This document shows positions 25,921-40,479 of a stretch of 64,000 nt of DNA, one piece after another (positions within the stretch are counted from its first letter, which is position 1; every line of letters begins with the position of its first letter). Under the pieces are notes generated by a model. That model worked only from the letters and a program-made list of their open reading frames with translations. It was not told the DNA's origin and made no database searches. This DNA comes from Narcine bancroftii (taxonomy: Eukaryota): contig NC_091475.1 of assembly GCF_036971445.1 (NCBI RefSeq), forward strand, positions 1,426,001 to 1,490,000. Reading direction: 5' to 3'. The position numbers and the translations under genes were made by a program.

Positions 25921-26574
25921 AAAAAATTTTGCTGAAATAATTTATCTGCTGAAGTCATTCATAGCCTGCTGCCTTCTATGTAGATTTTGTTCCTTGCTTC
26001 CAGTCCATTTTGTGCATCCATATAATGGTATAGGTTTTCCTGCAAGGATGCTAGTTCCCAGTGTGTTTTGGTGGATTCCAATTAGCCCCTTAAATATTTT
26101 GACCAATACTGCATGGAATGAGCAAATGAAAATTTTTCACACACACACCATTTTTGTTTTGCAAGCTCAGTCATAGCTTCTCCATTTTTCTGAGTGACAC
26201 CCACTTATTGTGTTCTGGCAGGACTGAAGTAACTGTCTGAAGTTTTGATTCTCTGTCTGCTCATTTGTGGGGAGGTCATGTTCCCAGGCTCCACTTGTTT
26301 TTTTGCCAGGCATCTCAGTATTTCATGGGAGTATTTTGCTTTTGCAGTGTGTGCACCTATGGATGTTAACCATGTCTTTCAGATCATTACAAAATTCAAA
26401 ATTCTAATATGCTGTCAGTTCATTAATAATTGGGTTTTTTTCTCCCAGTATGTGAATAAAGTTGATCGTGTATTCTCAGACCATGTTTATTAATCATTCC
26501 CATAGTCTGGTTTTGTATAAAATTAGATAAATGTTGATATTGTATTGAATACATTCCATTTTCTAAAGGTGTAA

Positions 26575-27205
26575 GTCAAGTCAAATCAAGGTTATTGGCA
26601 GAGTTCTTTGTTCCTCGGTGCAAAACACACAGTCACATAACCAGATATAACACACATAGAGACAGACAATACATAGGCAGGACAACTATTCATATATGCA
26701 GATAAATTGCTTCGTGAATATGAGAGTCTTGGAAGGTCAGTGCGAGCAGTTCCTTCGGCCGTTCAGCCTTCTCATTGCCCGTGGGAAGAAGCTGTTCCTC
26801 AGCCTGGTGGTGCTGGCTCTGATCCTCCTGGATCTCTTTCCCAACAGGAGTGTCTGAAAGATGCTATGTGTGGGGTGGAAGGAGTCCTCAATGATTTTGC
26901 ACGCCCTTTTCAGACGATTCCAGTAAATCATGTCGAAGGGGGGAGGGTGGAAACTGCAGTGATCCTCTCTGTCGCTTTTATGGTCCAGTGGATTAACCAC
27001 CAATCCATTTCTCTGCAGCAACTGTTCCACCCACACTGTGTTCAGCCGGCCAGGACGCTCTTGATAGAGCTCCTGAGGAAGGTTGACATAATGGTGGCCA
27101 GTAGCCTTGCCCGGTTCAGTCTTTTCAGGAAGTGCAGTCGCTGTTGCACTTTCCTGACAAGAGAGGAGATGTTGTGTATCCAGGATAGGTCATGTTCTAT
27201 CATGT
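26575..27205 (-). mobile_element. Rex1/Babar-like LINE 3' fragment
   Basis: Reads HPTHSIFQ.LL.GKR.R.IRASTTRLRNSFFPRA and ends in a short tandem tail. Confidence 0.75.
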
Positions 27206-27404
27206 GAGTCCATCCTCTGACTCGCCTTCAAGTTCTCTCGTCTATGGTGCAATATTCTAATCAATGTATTCTCATTGGTCCCATTCCTATCCATTTATTG
27301 TACCTAATCCCATCCACTTCTAGATCCACAAGCTTCATCTTTTAACAGCATTACGATTACATCTTTAACTGAATTCACTAATGTTGATGTGTTAATTTCT
27401 TCAG

Positions 27405-27732
27405 ATTTGGTGTTTACGTGCCACTGTGTTGCTTCCATCAAGAAAATCGGATCCAACCATTACCAACGGATTGTGGTTTTCTATTAAATGGCCAGTTGGA
27501 AGCAGACATGATCAGGCCAAAGGACTTTTTCACGCTCCTCCGAGAATCATTCAGAGAACAATTTAATAATCCAACTTCCATCCCTGCTCACACTTGCCTA
27601 CTCTCCCCAGATCTTATCCGAAATGAGGTTGAATGTTTGAAAATAGATTTCAATAAAAGGATAAAAGAAGTTCTCTTCAATTCACTATTTAGTGCCTACT
27701 ATGTAGCATTTTTGCCTCTTTGTTTTGTAAAG
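27405..27732 (+). CDS. TMEM39A: TMEM39A coding exon 5
   Basis: ttcag|A acceptor and AAG|gtgagt donor; 328 nt. Encodes [12 protein letters not shown]...[44 protein letters not shown]. Confidence 0.96.
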
Positions 27733-29038
27733 GTGAGTTCACTCAGGTTTTTCAAAAGAATTGTTTTTTCTGTAATGAGCAAAGTGGGCAAAATGTATAT
27801 ATTTTTCCAGCTTTTTATGCTGTAAAAATATAAAAATTGTTTCGTAGCATCTATAAAAGAAAAATCAGAATTGATGGAAGGTTACCAGCCAGAAATTATC
27901 TTTATTTTTCTCTCTTTATGTGTATTTCCACAATTTTTCGTTTTTATTTAGCATACCTATTGTCTAATTTGGGGGAGAGGCTGAATTTAAACAGCTACCT
28001 CGGGCCTAAAGCCACACTTTTAGTTTTAGTTTTGATGGATGGTGAATGGACCATTGGACATCTGCTTTCAGGCTCAATCTTTATAGCCAATTGGATGTTT
28101 TCTGTCCTTGTTTTAATGAATTCCATTTGTAAATTATTGGAATTAAATTTATTTGTGCCTCCAACTAACAATCTGCAGTATTTCCACAAAAAATAATAGT
28201 TTAATATTTATAAATGAAGTTCAAATTTTTATTACTTTTAACTTGTGCAATCCAATCTGAATCAAAATAAGAATGGCAAAGGGTTTTGCATTTTGAAAAT
28301 AATAGTGATGTCTAGCTGAAATCACTACTATTAACATTGGTTTTTCTTGAGGAATTTCTGTATGTTCAAATACTTTTGGACCATATTGCATACAGATGTG
28401 GGTACAAAGGGATAATGACGGGATAATCCGGGATCCGTTTTAATGTGAATGAGAAAAATAAGACACTCTGGCAAACTTCTCCTGCTGCTCAAAGTAATAA
28501 ATTGGAAGGTTTGGATCCTGTGAAAGACTATTTATAGTGAAATGTCAGCGTACATTATCTGCAGGATAATCTGAAGAGGAACTTGTGGGACCAAGTGCCA
28601 CGACCATTAATCCAAAATTGGCACAAGACATGTTTTACACCGTGGGAGTGATATTCAGGAATAATAACAATAAAGGAAACACGATAAGGTGACGGAGGGA
28701 ACAGAATCCTGTGCTATACTGCTGGGGGAAAAAGGCCTTTTTAATTATTTTACATGAGTTCTGTGAATATAGCCAAACATAAATAATAGATTTTATTAAA
28801 GATGGTGTGTGCTTAATGTTATTTTGATTTGGAATAAATCCTAATTCCTGATTTATATAAATTCAATTTTGAAAGTGTACAAAAAATATGATTTGTTTTG
28901 ATCAACAAAGTTGGGTAAGAATTCACATAGAATATCTGATCAATCCATTCAAATACTGTACAACAAAATATTTACAAGTATTAGATTACCATGCTCAAAG
29001 GACAAAAATGATATGTTAGTCAGATCCATGAGTTAAAC

Positions 29039-29280
29039 CAGCCATTCTGAACTGGGGGGCATATGCCCTCCCCTGAAACCCCCCCCCCACCCTCACCTTT
29101 TCTTGGGGGCCACAGTGCATTTAAGTGGGGGACAGGGCCAGGGACTGAAATCATAAAATATTTTTTATTTCATTGGTAGGAGAGGAGTTCGGAAGAAACC
29201 AGCTAAACTTACCCATGAACTTTGCTCAAAGTCCTAATACTAATTCTGAGGGAACCATAGCCAAAAGTTGAGAACGGCTG
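29039..29280. mobile_element. hAT MITE related to the 9726-12581 element
   Basis: Same TIRs (CAGCCATTCTGAA and TTGAGAACGGCTG); flanks agttaaac/agttcctc match at 5 of 8 positions. Confidence 0.75.
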
Positions 29281-30591
29281 AGTTCCTCATTTGGCCATTT
29301 TTGTTGAGTTTTACCAGTGAAGGCTGAACAATTTTTGACTCTGGGGTTATTTATTGTATAGCGAGACATTGATTATGCCAGACATCTTTAAAGTTTGCAT
29401 TTTCCAGCAAAGATTTCCTGTTAGACCAGAAATGGGGGCATTGTAACTACTTCCCTAATCCTGTTTTTCATTTATCTCACCTTTGAAGCTTGCACAATAA
29501 CTTTATACGGGCAGCCACATTGCCAATAAGCCTTTACTGCTCTTCAGTTTATTGTTAATTCAGCAAGTCTTGGTGTGTAGTCATTCCATTTCTCTTTCAG
29601 TGATCTCAAAAGAATTTGTTCATGTACAGTTTGGCTGAAACCTCTTCTGAGATAAGCACATCTCTGAATCAACAAATTTTTAAGTCTGAAATGCAAACTC
29701 TAAAAATAATATATTTGTATTTAGTCTCTAATTTGGTTAATCAATCCAACTCTGTAGCCAAAATTAACTGTGGCAAAATGTTTTTCTTTTCTGACTTCAG
29801 CAAAATATGTTGGGTTAAGTCAATTTGATCACTGAACTCCATTAGGCAAAACAATACTACAAATTCATAACTATTGGAGTGTAGCGTGTTGTGAGTGAGC
29901 ATGGCGCAGAGACGGAAGCAGCAGGTTGTGTGCTCAGGTATCACAGCTAACTAGTTTTATTTGAATCTCGTGCAGCAAGACTCTGTTCCGCCCCTTACGC
30001 ACCAGTGCTCGTGTCACAATGACACATGCGCTTACGCACCCATCCAGTCTGTACCAGAAGAGATGGTCCTGCCACGGCTGCCCCGCCGCCCGCGCATAAC
30101 GAGCAGGGCTGGTTCACCACTGCAGTTGTGTGTCGCCACAGGAACGTGGAATAGAGATGCAGACCATTTCAAAAATCAATTAAAATATTGATAAATGGTA
30201 CAACTTATCCAAGTTTTGTTTTGAAAACGACTCACTTAATAAAATTCTAGTGAAAAGTCTATGAAAAAATGTAAAATTGTACTGAGAATATAGTTTACAA
30301 TAGTATTAAACTTCTATGGGGTGTGGGTATTTAAAATTATGCTGCTAAGTCCAGCAGCAAGTCACATCTCAACAGAAGCTTCAATATCCTGTGGATATTG
30401 TCATGTTTTGGACAAAGGGGGAGGTTGTAGTAGTAGTGGCTGGCTATATTTAAGAGGAGATGAGTAAATACTGTTTTGAAATTACACCTTGTTTGCTAAA
30501 AGAATATGTAAATTTGCAATAGGTTGCAACAATATTAAAGTACATTGTTTAAAATAGTTCATATTCTCGTTTAAAGTTGATTCGTGTAGAT

Positions 30592-30967
30592 CAATGGTCT
30601 TCAAACTTTTTCTTTCCACTCACATACCACCTTAAGCAATCCCCATGCCATAGGTGCTCTGTGATTAGTATGGGATTGCTTAAGATGGTATGTGAATGGG
30701 AAGAAAAAGTTTGAAAACCACTGTTTTAATTGTACCTAATTGACTCATTATGTGCATGGTTTCATAACTCCAAAGGAAATGGGCCAATGACAGTTTTTCT
30801 CAAGCAAAATATTTCAGTAACAATTGTGTCTCGAGCAGTGGTTCTCAACCTTCCCTTCCCACTCACATATCACCATAAGCCATCCCTTACTAATTACACA
30901 GCAACTATGGCATAAGGGATTATTTAAGGTGGTATGTGAGTGGAAAGAAAATGTTTTAAAACCACTG
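30592..30967. mobile_element. Compound hAT MITE: two ~132-bp palindromic units plus a spacer; further partial units at 31026-31142 and about 42825-42910
   Basis: Termini CA(A/G)TGGT...ACCACTG with a perfect 8-bp TSD GTGTAGAT at 30584-30591 and 30968-30975. Confidence 0.88.
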
Positions 30968-31410
30968 GTGTAGATCAATTGCCTTCTCAAGGTCCTAACA
31001 AGGTTCATTCACTTAGTGTCTAGGCCAGTGGTTCTCAACCTTTTTTCCCCCACTCACATACCACCTTAAGTAATCCCTTACGAACCACAGAGCAGCTATG
31101 TCATCCTATGCCATAGGTGTTCTGTGGTTAGTAAAGGATTATGCAGATCGATGGGACTGTGCAGAAAAATATTTTGCCATGGACTAGACAGGCAGAAGAG
31201 CCTGTTCTATAGTGTTCTATGTGATCCTTCCACCAAGGAATTTGGTCAAAATTGAAAATGGGCTCCACATTTTACTTTGTTTCCTCATTGTTTCTTAAAT
31301 GTGCTACGGGTCAAGTACCAAAGTGGCTAACTCTATGGCTATTCTTTTGAGCAATAAATGGCATATTAATTGGCCATGAAAGTAAACAGCTGTGTCTGAT
31401 CTTGTAATTA

Positions 31411-31606
31411 CAGTAAAACCCCTGCACCTATGGGATTAGTAGATGCCAGATAAGTGAAGTTGCCAGTTGCTTACGATTGCTTGTTGCGTGATTGATGAAC
31501 TAATCACTGGGGCCACCTATTTTAAACTTGTGTATTTTTTACCTATTTATTTTCCTTAATTTTTTTTGCCAGTTGGTTGAATTCCAGATTAATGAGGATC
31601 TTACTG
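31411..31606. mobile_element. Tc1/mariner-type MITE
   Basis: Ends ta|cagtaaaacccct and gaggatcttactg|ta, with a TA TSD. Confidence 0.7.
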
Positions 31607-32093
31607 TATTCACTTTTCATGTTTCTGATTCTTGCGTTCCACTGATCCCTTGGCTCACTCTCTTTTTGGGACCCCATCAATTCTTCACCGTTCCTGTCCC
31701 TTGTCCCTCTCATCTACCCTAGCTGCTCTACCTATATACAACTGATGCCTAGAGGAAACTGCTTAATCCAGTTTGGTGATGAATCCAGAGGTATAAAAAT
31801 ACTCTTTGTAGACATTAGACACTATCCCATGCTGTGTCAGATCTTTCAGTGAAAATGCTTATTCCAAACACCTTATAAACCATCTGTTTCAGGTCTTTGT
31901 CAAAGAATTATTTTGTTAGTAGTTCTAGGAAGTTGTATAGACTAGCTCTTCCACCTCGTATATCCTCAAATGAATTCATGCAAGAGAAAATATATAATTA
32001 TGGAATGAAAGATTCAAATTATTACTTAAATGTATATTCCAGTCTATTTTCTTTCTGCTCTCTGTGAAATTAAAACCTGACTTTTTGTTGCAG

Positions 32094-32281
32094 AGCACTC
32101 AGTACTATGACATGCGATGGTCCTGTGAGCATCTCATCATGGTTTGGGTAAATGCATTTGTTATGTTAATGAGTCAACTGCTGCCTCCCAGGTATTGTGA
32201 CCTACTTCATAAATCAGCTGCTCATCTGGGGAAATGGCAGAAGATGGAACATGGTTCATACAGCAATACACCACAACACAT
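32094..32281 (+). CDS. TMEM39A: TMEM39A coding exon 6
   Basis: ttgcag|AGC acceptor and AT|gtaagt donor; 188 nt. Encodes [62 protein letters not shown]. Confidence 0.96.
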
Positions 32282-33419
32282 GTAAGTGTTGTATTCATGC
32301 AATTATTTTCATTTTCTGTCTTTGGTTGCTGTCCCCTTCAGTTCCCTCTGCCTTTGTTCCCCTACTTCCCAGTTGGCTTATTCCCACTTCCCCTCTTGAC
32401 TCCAGTGCACTTTGCTGATATCCCAACTCAAGTTGGTCTTTATTCTGTCTCCCTAAAAGTAAAGATGCCCACCAGACTGAGCCGAGTTTTGGGGGGGCCA
32501 TTCTCTGCTTGTACATATACCTAGTCCCAACATTTACACCAGTTTAGATGGCAATGAAGTCTGAATCAATCATATCCTTGAATGTAATTTGAGTCAAGCG
32601 ATCTCATATCCTATTGATGTTTGGAAAGGCTGGTGATTTTTAGGGAGAAAAGCCTGGAAAATGCCCAACAGTGCAGGCAGCATCTAAAGAGCAATGATTA
32701 TCATATTTAGCCATTAACCTTTTATTGGGCCATGAAGATAGTAGGGTTGAATATATTTAATCTAGTTCAGAATCATTAAGGAAATAGAAGGTAAGTTCGT
32801 TGGGTGGAAGCTGAAAATGTGACATCACCTTAACCTGGAGTTTCAGTTAGGTTGCTATAGGATTTGAAATGCAATTCCCTTGAAATTGATTGGTCAAACC
32901 AACACAAAAGAGCAATGAAATTTCAAGCACAAATTACACTCAGCTAATTGAATTACTGCATCTTTTCTGGCTACATTTACAAGTCTGAAAGGAGACCCTT
33001 TATCAAAGTAGAAGAACAATTAAATACTATTGAATGCATTTTTACTGAAAAACAATCATGTATTTATAACATTTTTGTCATTTTCTTTCATGTAAAAATT
33101 AAAATTTTAGTTGAACATGCTTTCAGCCAAATTCCAATTGTTTTAGACTTTCTCTTTTAAATGTATTGACAACTAATGTGATCCAAATGTAATGTTCCAC
33201 AACATTAAAGACCAAATTGGTTCAGGGTAGATTTTAAATTTGGTGATTTGTAATTTGAAGAGAAATATGCAGGTACAGAAGTGGGAGGTTATTAATCTGA
33301 GAGAAGTAGATTTTGTTAATTCTCATACTGAGTGATCTGTTTGAGTATTGTCTGTCTTTTACCTCAGATTTACACCATCTGTCATATTTCTCCAAACTGT
33401 TGTTCCTTGTGTTATATAA

Positions 33420-33629
<210 letters not shown>

Positions 33630-34316
33630 TAATGAACCATAGCAGGACCAACAGCTTTTCAAGAACACAAGATGAGGTACATCTCAACTCAATCCAACAT
33701 ATTGTATAATTTTCTGTAGCAGTAACTGAATATACATGTGTTATAGTCAAATTCTGTGGACCAATATTTAGGGTAAAATTTAGGGGGTCAATTATTAAAT
33801 GCACACTATTTTGACTGCAATAAATACCTGCATCATTCAAGGTGTTGGGAGCTCAGGAGGGCAGACAGATGGCTGGGACCAGGTAGTAAGTCTGCGTTTC
33901 AGATGGATGGGTGGCAGCGGCGGGAGTTCGCATTGGGGGCATGAGGAGCTCAGGTGGGAAGGTGGCCAAGGAGAGAGTCTCCGGTCAGGATGCCGGGGGC
34001 ACAGGTGGGTGGCAGACCAAGGCAGGGTCTGTGGTCGGGGCGTCGGGAGCTCGGATGGGCGGGCTCCCTAGATGAGAGTTCGCAGTCGGGTTGTTGGGAG
34101 TTCGGGGGGTGGGCGGCTGGGGCAAAAGTCAATGGTCAGGGGCTCAGGTGGGCTGGTGGCCGAGGTGAGATTGTGCAGTTGGGGCGTCAGGTTTGGAATG
34201 GCAGGCAGCCAGTGCCAAAAAAAGGGGTCAATTTTTATAGCAATATATGGAAAATGCCAGATTTTGGGCCAAAGTAAGAGGTTGATTTTTACAAGGTATC
34301 GACTATTACACACTTA

Positions 34317-34734
34317 TCGTATATTTCGGTGTACAAGTTGAGTCATGAAACCCAAAAAAAAATCATTTTGAGACTTTAAATTCACCAAAAAAAAAGATTG
34401 ATGTCAATTCAGCATTACAAGTCAATGCTGGAAGCACCTCCCCGCTGCCAGCACCACTGCTTCCTGACATCTCTCCACTGCTGGGTGATGCCATTACTGC
34501 TCCTACCTGGGACCCTCAGGTCGCCGTCAGCACTTCAGCTCTGTGGGCTGTCGACACTGCTGTGGTAGCCCGAGGTGTGGTTTTTTTTTATTAATTTACA
34601 GCTTTGTTGCTTGCGATTGGGATGTTTTAAAAAAATTTAGGTTGTTCCTGAGAGCCTGAAAAATGGGGGCTGACTTTTATGCTTGGGGCTGAAAAATGGG
34701 GGGCGGGGGTGGACTTGTATGCCGAAATATACGG
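34317..34734. mobile_element. Tigger/pogo-like MITE
   Basis: TIRs cgtatatttcggtgtacaag and cttgtatgccgaaatatacgg. Confidence 0.7.
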
Positions 34735-35612
34735 TTATAGCAAAACCCTCTAAATTTTTCAACACAATGAAATTTGACTTGTCCAGTGTTTTTTTTACTT
34801 TCTACTGTCTTCTGTTGCATTTAATATCCCCATTTACACTATTGGTCTTTGCTCAGACATTGCCCTCAGAGCATTTTGTAAACCTCAACTAGTGACAAAG
34901 GCCATTTCTTAATCAAAATGATTTTTTAAATTTTGATTGTGTTTAAGTTGTCATGTATGAAGTTGCATGGTTCCGGAATTATCATTATCAATCTATACAG
35001 GTTTATTTTAATATTTTGTAAACTTGCATTAAAATTGCAGTCATCAAAACTGTTGATGTTCAATAGTTCCAATCTGGTAGACCGGTTTGACTGGCAAGGC
35101 ATAACATACCAAAGTAGCACAAGTGCCATAGGTGTTTAATGATAGCTCTGGGAATTCCATAATAGCTGCTTAAATTCAATAAATAAAGATCCCTGTAGAT
35201 TTCAAGATGTGCTCTTCACTCAAACAATGTTTAAGATGCTATACCTTTAGACAAAGACCATACAAACCTTTTGCTTAAAGGAGTTCATTTTTTTTCCCCG
35301 CTTCACGTAAGTTTGCCTAGCAACTCTTTGACAGGTCTTTCATCAGTGGTGTTCCTCCACAGCATTATACAATCAGGAATAAAGCTGTTGAAGATTCTAT
35401 TTTACAATCGTTCAATAATTAAGCAGGTCCTTCTAGCCTTTATCGGGACAATAGGCCAAGGCAGGGGTTAGAGCAGTAATGATCTGAAGCTCGTGTCCGT
35501 CCATTACGGCACAGTTTTCTTGATCAATACAATTGTTACTTAATTTTGTCCATTTGAAGCTCTTCTCCTTCTCCACATCTGATTTATTTTGGCTGCAGGA
35601 TCAACATTTTTC

Positions 35613-38600
35613 TTTTTTTTTCACACCATAAATCACATTAGCCATGATATACACTTTTTCTTTTTCACACATATACAGTGACTTTTTCTCCCCCCCCTCC
35701 CTCCTCCCAAGCCACCCCCCCACCCCCCCCCCCTCTCATCCATTTTAGGTATACAATCTAGGTTGCATTAAGCCAGTCAGACAATGTTGTCATTCAACAA
35801 AAATACACCAGAAATTCTACTGAGTCCATTCTTTTCTTTCCTTCTCCTTCCATCAACTTAGGTAATGTTTGTCCCCGGTAGGTTTTCGCTATTGTATTTA
35901 ATGTAAGGCTCCCATACTTGTTCGAATATTTCAATATTATTTCTTAAACTATATGTTATTTTTTCTAATGGAATACATTTATTCATTTCTATATACCATT
36001 GTTGTATTTTCAGATTATCTTCCAATTTCCAGGTTGACATAATACATTTTTTTGCTACGGCTAGGGCTATCTTAACAAATCTTTTTTGTGCATCCTCCAG
36101 ATCAATTCCAAATTCTTTGTTTTTTATGTTGCTTAGGAGAAAGATCTCTGGGTTCTTTGGTATATTGTTTTCTGTTATTTTATTTAATATCTGATTGAGA
36201 TCATCCCAAAATTTTTCTACTCTCTCACATGTCCAGATTGCATGAATTGTTGTTCCCATTTCTTTTTTACATCGAAAACATCTATCAGATACTGTTGGGT
36301 CCCATTTATTTAACTTTTGCGGTGTAATGTATAGTCTGTGTAACCAATTACATTGTATCATACGTAGCCTCGTATTTATTGTATTTCTCATCGTTCCAGA
36401 ACATCATTTCTCCCATGTTTCCTTTTTTATCTTTATATTTAAATCTTGTTCCCATTTTTGTTTAGTTTTACCATTTGTTTCCTCATTCTCCTTTTCTTGC
36501 AGTTTAATATACATATTTGTTATAAATCTTTTGATTAACATTGTATCTGTAATCACATATTCAAGGTTACTTCCCTCTGGTAAACTCAAATTGCTTCCTA
36601 ATTTATCTTTCAAGTAGGATCTCAGTTGGTAATATGCCAGTGCTGTATCTCCAGTTATATTGTACTTATCTCTCATTTGTTCAAAGGATAAGAATCTACT
36701 TCCTGAAAAACAATTTTCTATTCTTTTAATCCCTTTTTTTTCCCATTTTCTAAAGGAAAGGTTGTCTATTGTAAAAGGGAGTAGCTTATTTTGCGTCAAT
36801 ATTAGTTTTGGTAATTGATAATTTGTTTTATTTCTTTCTACATGAATCTTCTTCCAAATATTGAGGAGATGATGTAATACTGGAGAAGTTCTATGTTGTA
36901 CCAATTTTTCGTCCCATTTATATAATATGTGTTCAGGTATCTTTTCCCCTATTTTATCTAATTCTAATCTCGTCCAGTCTGGTTTTTCCCTTGTTTGATA
37001 AAAATCTGATAGGTATCTTAATTGTGCGGCTCTATAATAATTTTTGAAGTTTGGCAATTGTAAGCCTCCTTGTTTATACCATTCTGTTAATTTATCTAGT
37101 GCTATCCTCGGTTTCCCCCCTCTCCATAAAAATTTCCTTATTGTTTTCTTTAACTCTTTGAAGAATTTTTCTGTCAGTTGATTTGGCAATGCCTGAAATA
37201 AGTATAGTATCCTTGGAAAAATGTTCATTTTAATACAGTTTATCCTTCCTATCAGTGTTAGTGGTAGATCTTTCCAATGCTCTAAATCGTCCTGTAATTT
37301 TTTCATTAGTGGATTGTAATTGAGTTTATATAATTGGCCTAGATTTTTGTTTATTTGTACCCCTAGGTATCTTATTGCCTGCATTTGCCATCTGAATGGA
37401 GATTCGTTCTTAAATTTTGAGAAATCCGCATTATTCATAGGCATTGCTTCACTTTTATTTACGTTTATCTTGTAACCCGACACTTCTCCATATTCCTTCA
37501 ATTTCTTATGTAATTCTTTTATTGATAGTTCTGGTTCTGTTAAGTACACTATAACATCATCCGCAAATAGACTGATTTTATATTCCCTGTCTTTTATTTT
37601 TATTCCTTTTACATTATTATCTATTCTTATCAATTCTGCTAGTGGTTCTATAGCTAGCGCAAACAATAAAGGTGATAGTGGGCATCCCTGCCGCGTTGAC
37701 CTGCTTAAGTTAAATTGCTTTGATACATGTCCATTTACTGTCACTTTTGCTAACGGTCCCTTATATAATGCTTTAATCCAATTAATATACTTCTCCGGTA
37801 AACTGAATTTTTGCAATACTTTGAACAAATAATTCCATTCTACTCTGTCGAAGGCCTTCTCTGCGTCTAAAGCAACTGCTACTGTAGGTGCTTTATTTCC
37901 TTCTACTGCATGAATTAAGTTAATAAATTTACAAATATTGTCTGTTGTGCGTCTTTTTTTGATAAATCCAGTTTGGTCTAAATTTACCATTTTCGGTACC
38001 TGTTCTGCTAATCTGTTTGCTAATAGTTTAGCTATTATCTTATAATCTGTGTTTAGCAAAGATATTGGTCTATATGACGCTGGTGAGAGTGGATCTTTCC
38101 CTTGTTTTAGTATTACTGTAATTATTGCTGTTTTACATGAATCTGGTAAGTTTTGTGTCTCATCAATCTGGTTGATTACATCCAGGAGGGGTGGTATTAA
38201 TAAGTCTTTAAATGTTTTGTAGAATTCTATTGGAAATCCATCCTCTCCTGGTGTCTTATTATTTGGTAATTTTTTTATTATCTCTTGTATTTCTACTGTT
38301 CCAAATGGTTCTGTTAATTTATTTTGTTCCTCTATTTGTAGTTTTGGTAGTTCAATTTTAGTCAAAAATTCATCTATTTTCCCTTCTTTCCCTTCGTTTT
38401 CAGTTCGGTATAATTGTTCATAGAATTCTCTAAAGTTTTCCTTAATTTCTTTTGGATTATATGTAATCTGTTTGTCTTTTTTCCTTGTTGCCAATACCAT
38501 TTTCTTAGTTTGCTCTGTCTTAAGCTGCCATGCTAGGATTTTGTGCGTTTTTTCACCTAGTTCATAATATTTCTGTTTTGTCTTCATTATATTCTTCTCT

Positions 38601-39306
38601 ACCTTATATGTTTGTAATGTTTCATATTTTATTTTTTTATCCGCCAATTCTCTTCTTTTAGTTGTATCTTCCTTCATTGCTAATTTTTTTTCTATGTTTA
38701 CTATTTCCCTTTCCAACTGCTCTGTTTCCTGATTATAGTCCTTCTTCATCTTGGTTAGTAACTTATTATTTGCCCTCTAATGAATGCTTTCATTGCGTCC
38801 CATAGTATAAACTTATCTTCCACTGATTCCGTATTTACTTCAAAATACATTTTTAATTGTTTTTCAATAAATTCTCTAAAATCCTGTCTTAAGTAGCATG
38901 GGGTTTAATCTCCATCTATACATTCTTGGAGGGATGTCCTCTAGCTTTACTGTCAGTATTAAGGGTGAATGGTCCGATAGCATTCTCGCTTTATATTCTG
39001 TTTTTCTTACTCTATCCTGCATACTAGCTGATAACAAAAATAGGTCTATTCTTGAGTATGTTTTATGTCTAATCGAGTAGTATGAGTATTCCTTTTCTTT
39101 TGGGTTTTGTTTCCTCCATATATCCAAAAGTTTCATTTCTTGCATTGATTTAATTATAAATTTGGTTACTTTGTTCTTCCTGTTAATTTTTTTCCCCGTT
39201 TTATCCATATTTGGATCCAAATTCAGGTTGAAATCCCCTCCTATTAGTATGTTCCCTTGCGTATTAGCTACCTTCAAAAAGATATCTTGCATAAACTTTT
39301 GATCTT
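35613..39306 (-). mobile_element. Young 5'-truncated L1-clade LINE (partial EN, RT and C-terminal domain) in the last TMEM39A intron
   Basis: A 781-aa uninterrupted ORF2 segment carries PGEDGF, YRPISLLN, LDAEKAFD, QGCPLSP and FADD. Poly(A) appears as a T run at 35613-35621, with a perfect 15-bp TSD GGATCAACATTTTTC at 35598-35612 and 39307-39321. Confidence 0.97.
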
Positions 39307-39693
39307 GGATCAACATTTTTCAATTTCACTTGGAAACTGCAGGTGATGATCTATATCAACATTACGAGTGAGCACCAAAATGTGATATAAAATACATTTC
39401 TTTATTCTGCCTAATCCTCCTCCTATCAAATAGGATTATGGGAATGGTACCACTGCCACAAAGAGAGGTGGTTCTTGTTGGGTTGACAAAAGAGTCGACA
39501 AATGGAACTTTGCATTCCTCACATTTTTTAAGATCAGGAAGTAGTACCATAACTGCATTCTGGTAATGAAACTTTCAGTTTGTTTTTATTTTGCAGCATG
39601 TTCAAGCACTTCAATCATGTTGGTTTCTCTCTTCAATTGATTGCAAGTTATATCAAAACAGTTGAACTGATTGTTCTTTTTATTTTTGTCTAG

Positions 39694-39927
<234 letters not shown>

Positions 39928-40420
39928 GGCGCCTAAAAAGGAGGGGTTGGGGGAAAGGATTTAAAGAAATTATTTTGATACTGTTTCTATTTTTCATGCA
40001 GTGTTTAAATATTTAAAATATTTTATATTTTGTATACTTGGATATTTTGAAGAGCTATTCTTTGCATAAGCAAGTTGTATTTTTTGTCTATTTGGCAACT
40101 TCACAAGCTAAGTGTGCGCTTTGCTCCATATGACAAGTGCCATTTATACTCGCAATAATCAATGTGTAGAATTGATCAGAGGAATAAAGGATAATATGTG
40201 AAATCTTATCTTTTGCGTTGTTGTCACCTTGAGGTAATTTTTAGGTTATTGTCCAAACATTTACATGAATGAAACTGTTGTTTTCATAGTAAATGATTTC
40301 ATTTATGGATGGATGTTCAAATATGAATTGGTTTTAATATATTGGGTTTTACAGAATGGTGTCCAAGTAAAATCCATTCTTCATTTATTGTTTACATGAT
40401 ACTTCAATGACAAATGTATC

Positions 40421-40426
40421 AATAAA
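40421..40426 (+). terminator. Candidate TMEM39A polyadenylation signal (alternative AATAAA at 40183-40188)
   Basis: AATAAA about 500 nt after the stop, followed by a T/GT-rich tract and then repeat sequence. Confidence 0.5.
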
Positions 40427-40479
40427 AATGAACATTCCTAATTTATTTTCTTTTAACTGGTTGGATTTGTTTTGATGGC

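Noticed and set aside
36404-38749. 781-aa ORF as a host gene or novel reverse-transcriptase system
   Set aside because: It is ordinary L1 ORF2 within a TSD-bounded, 5'-truncated copy that has paralogs in the window.
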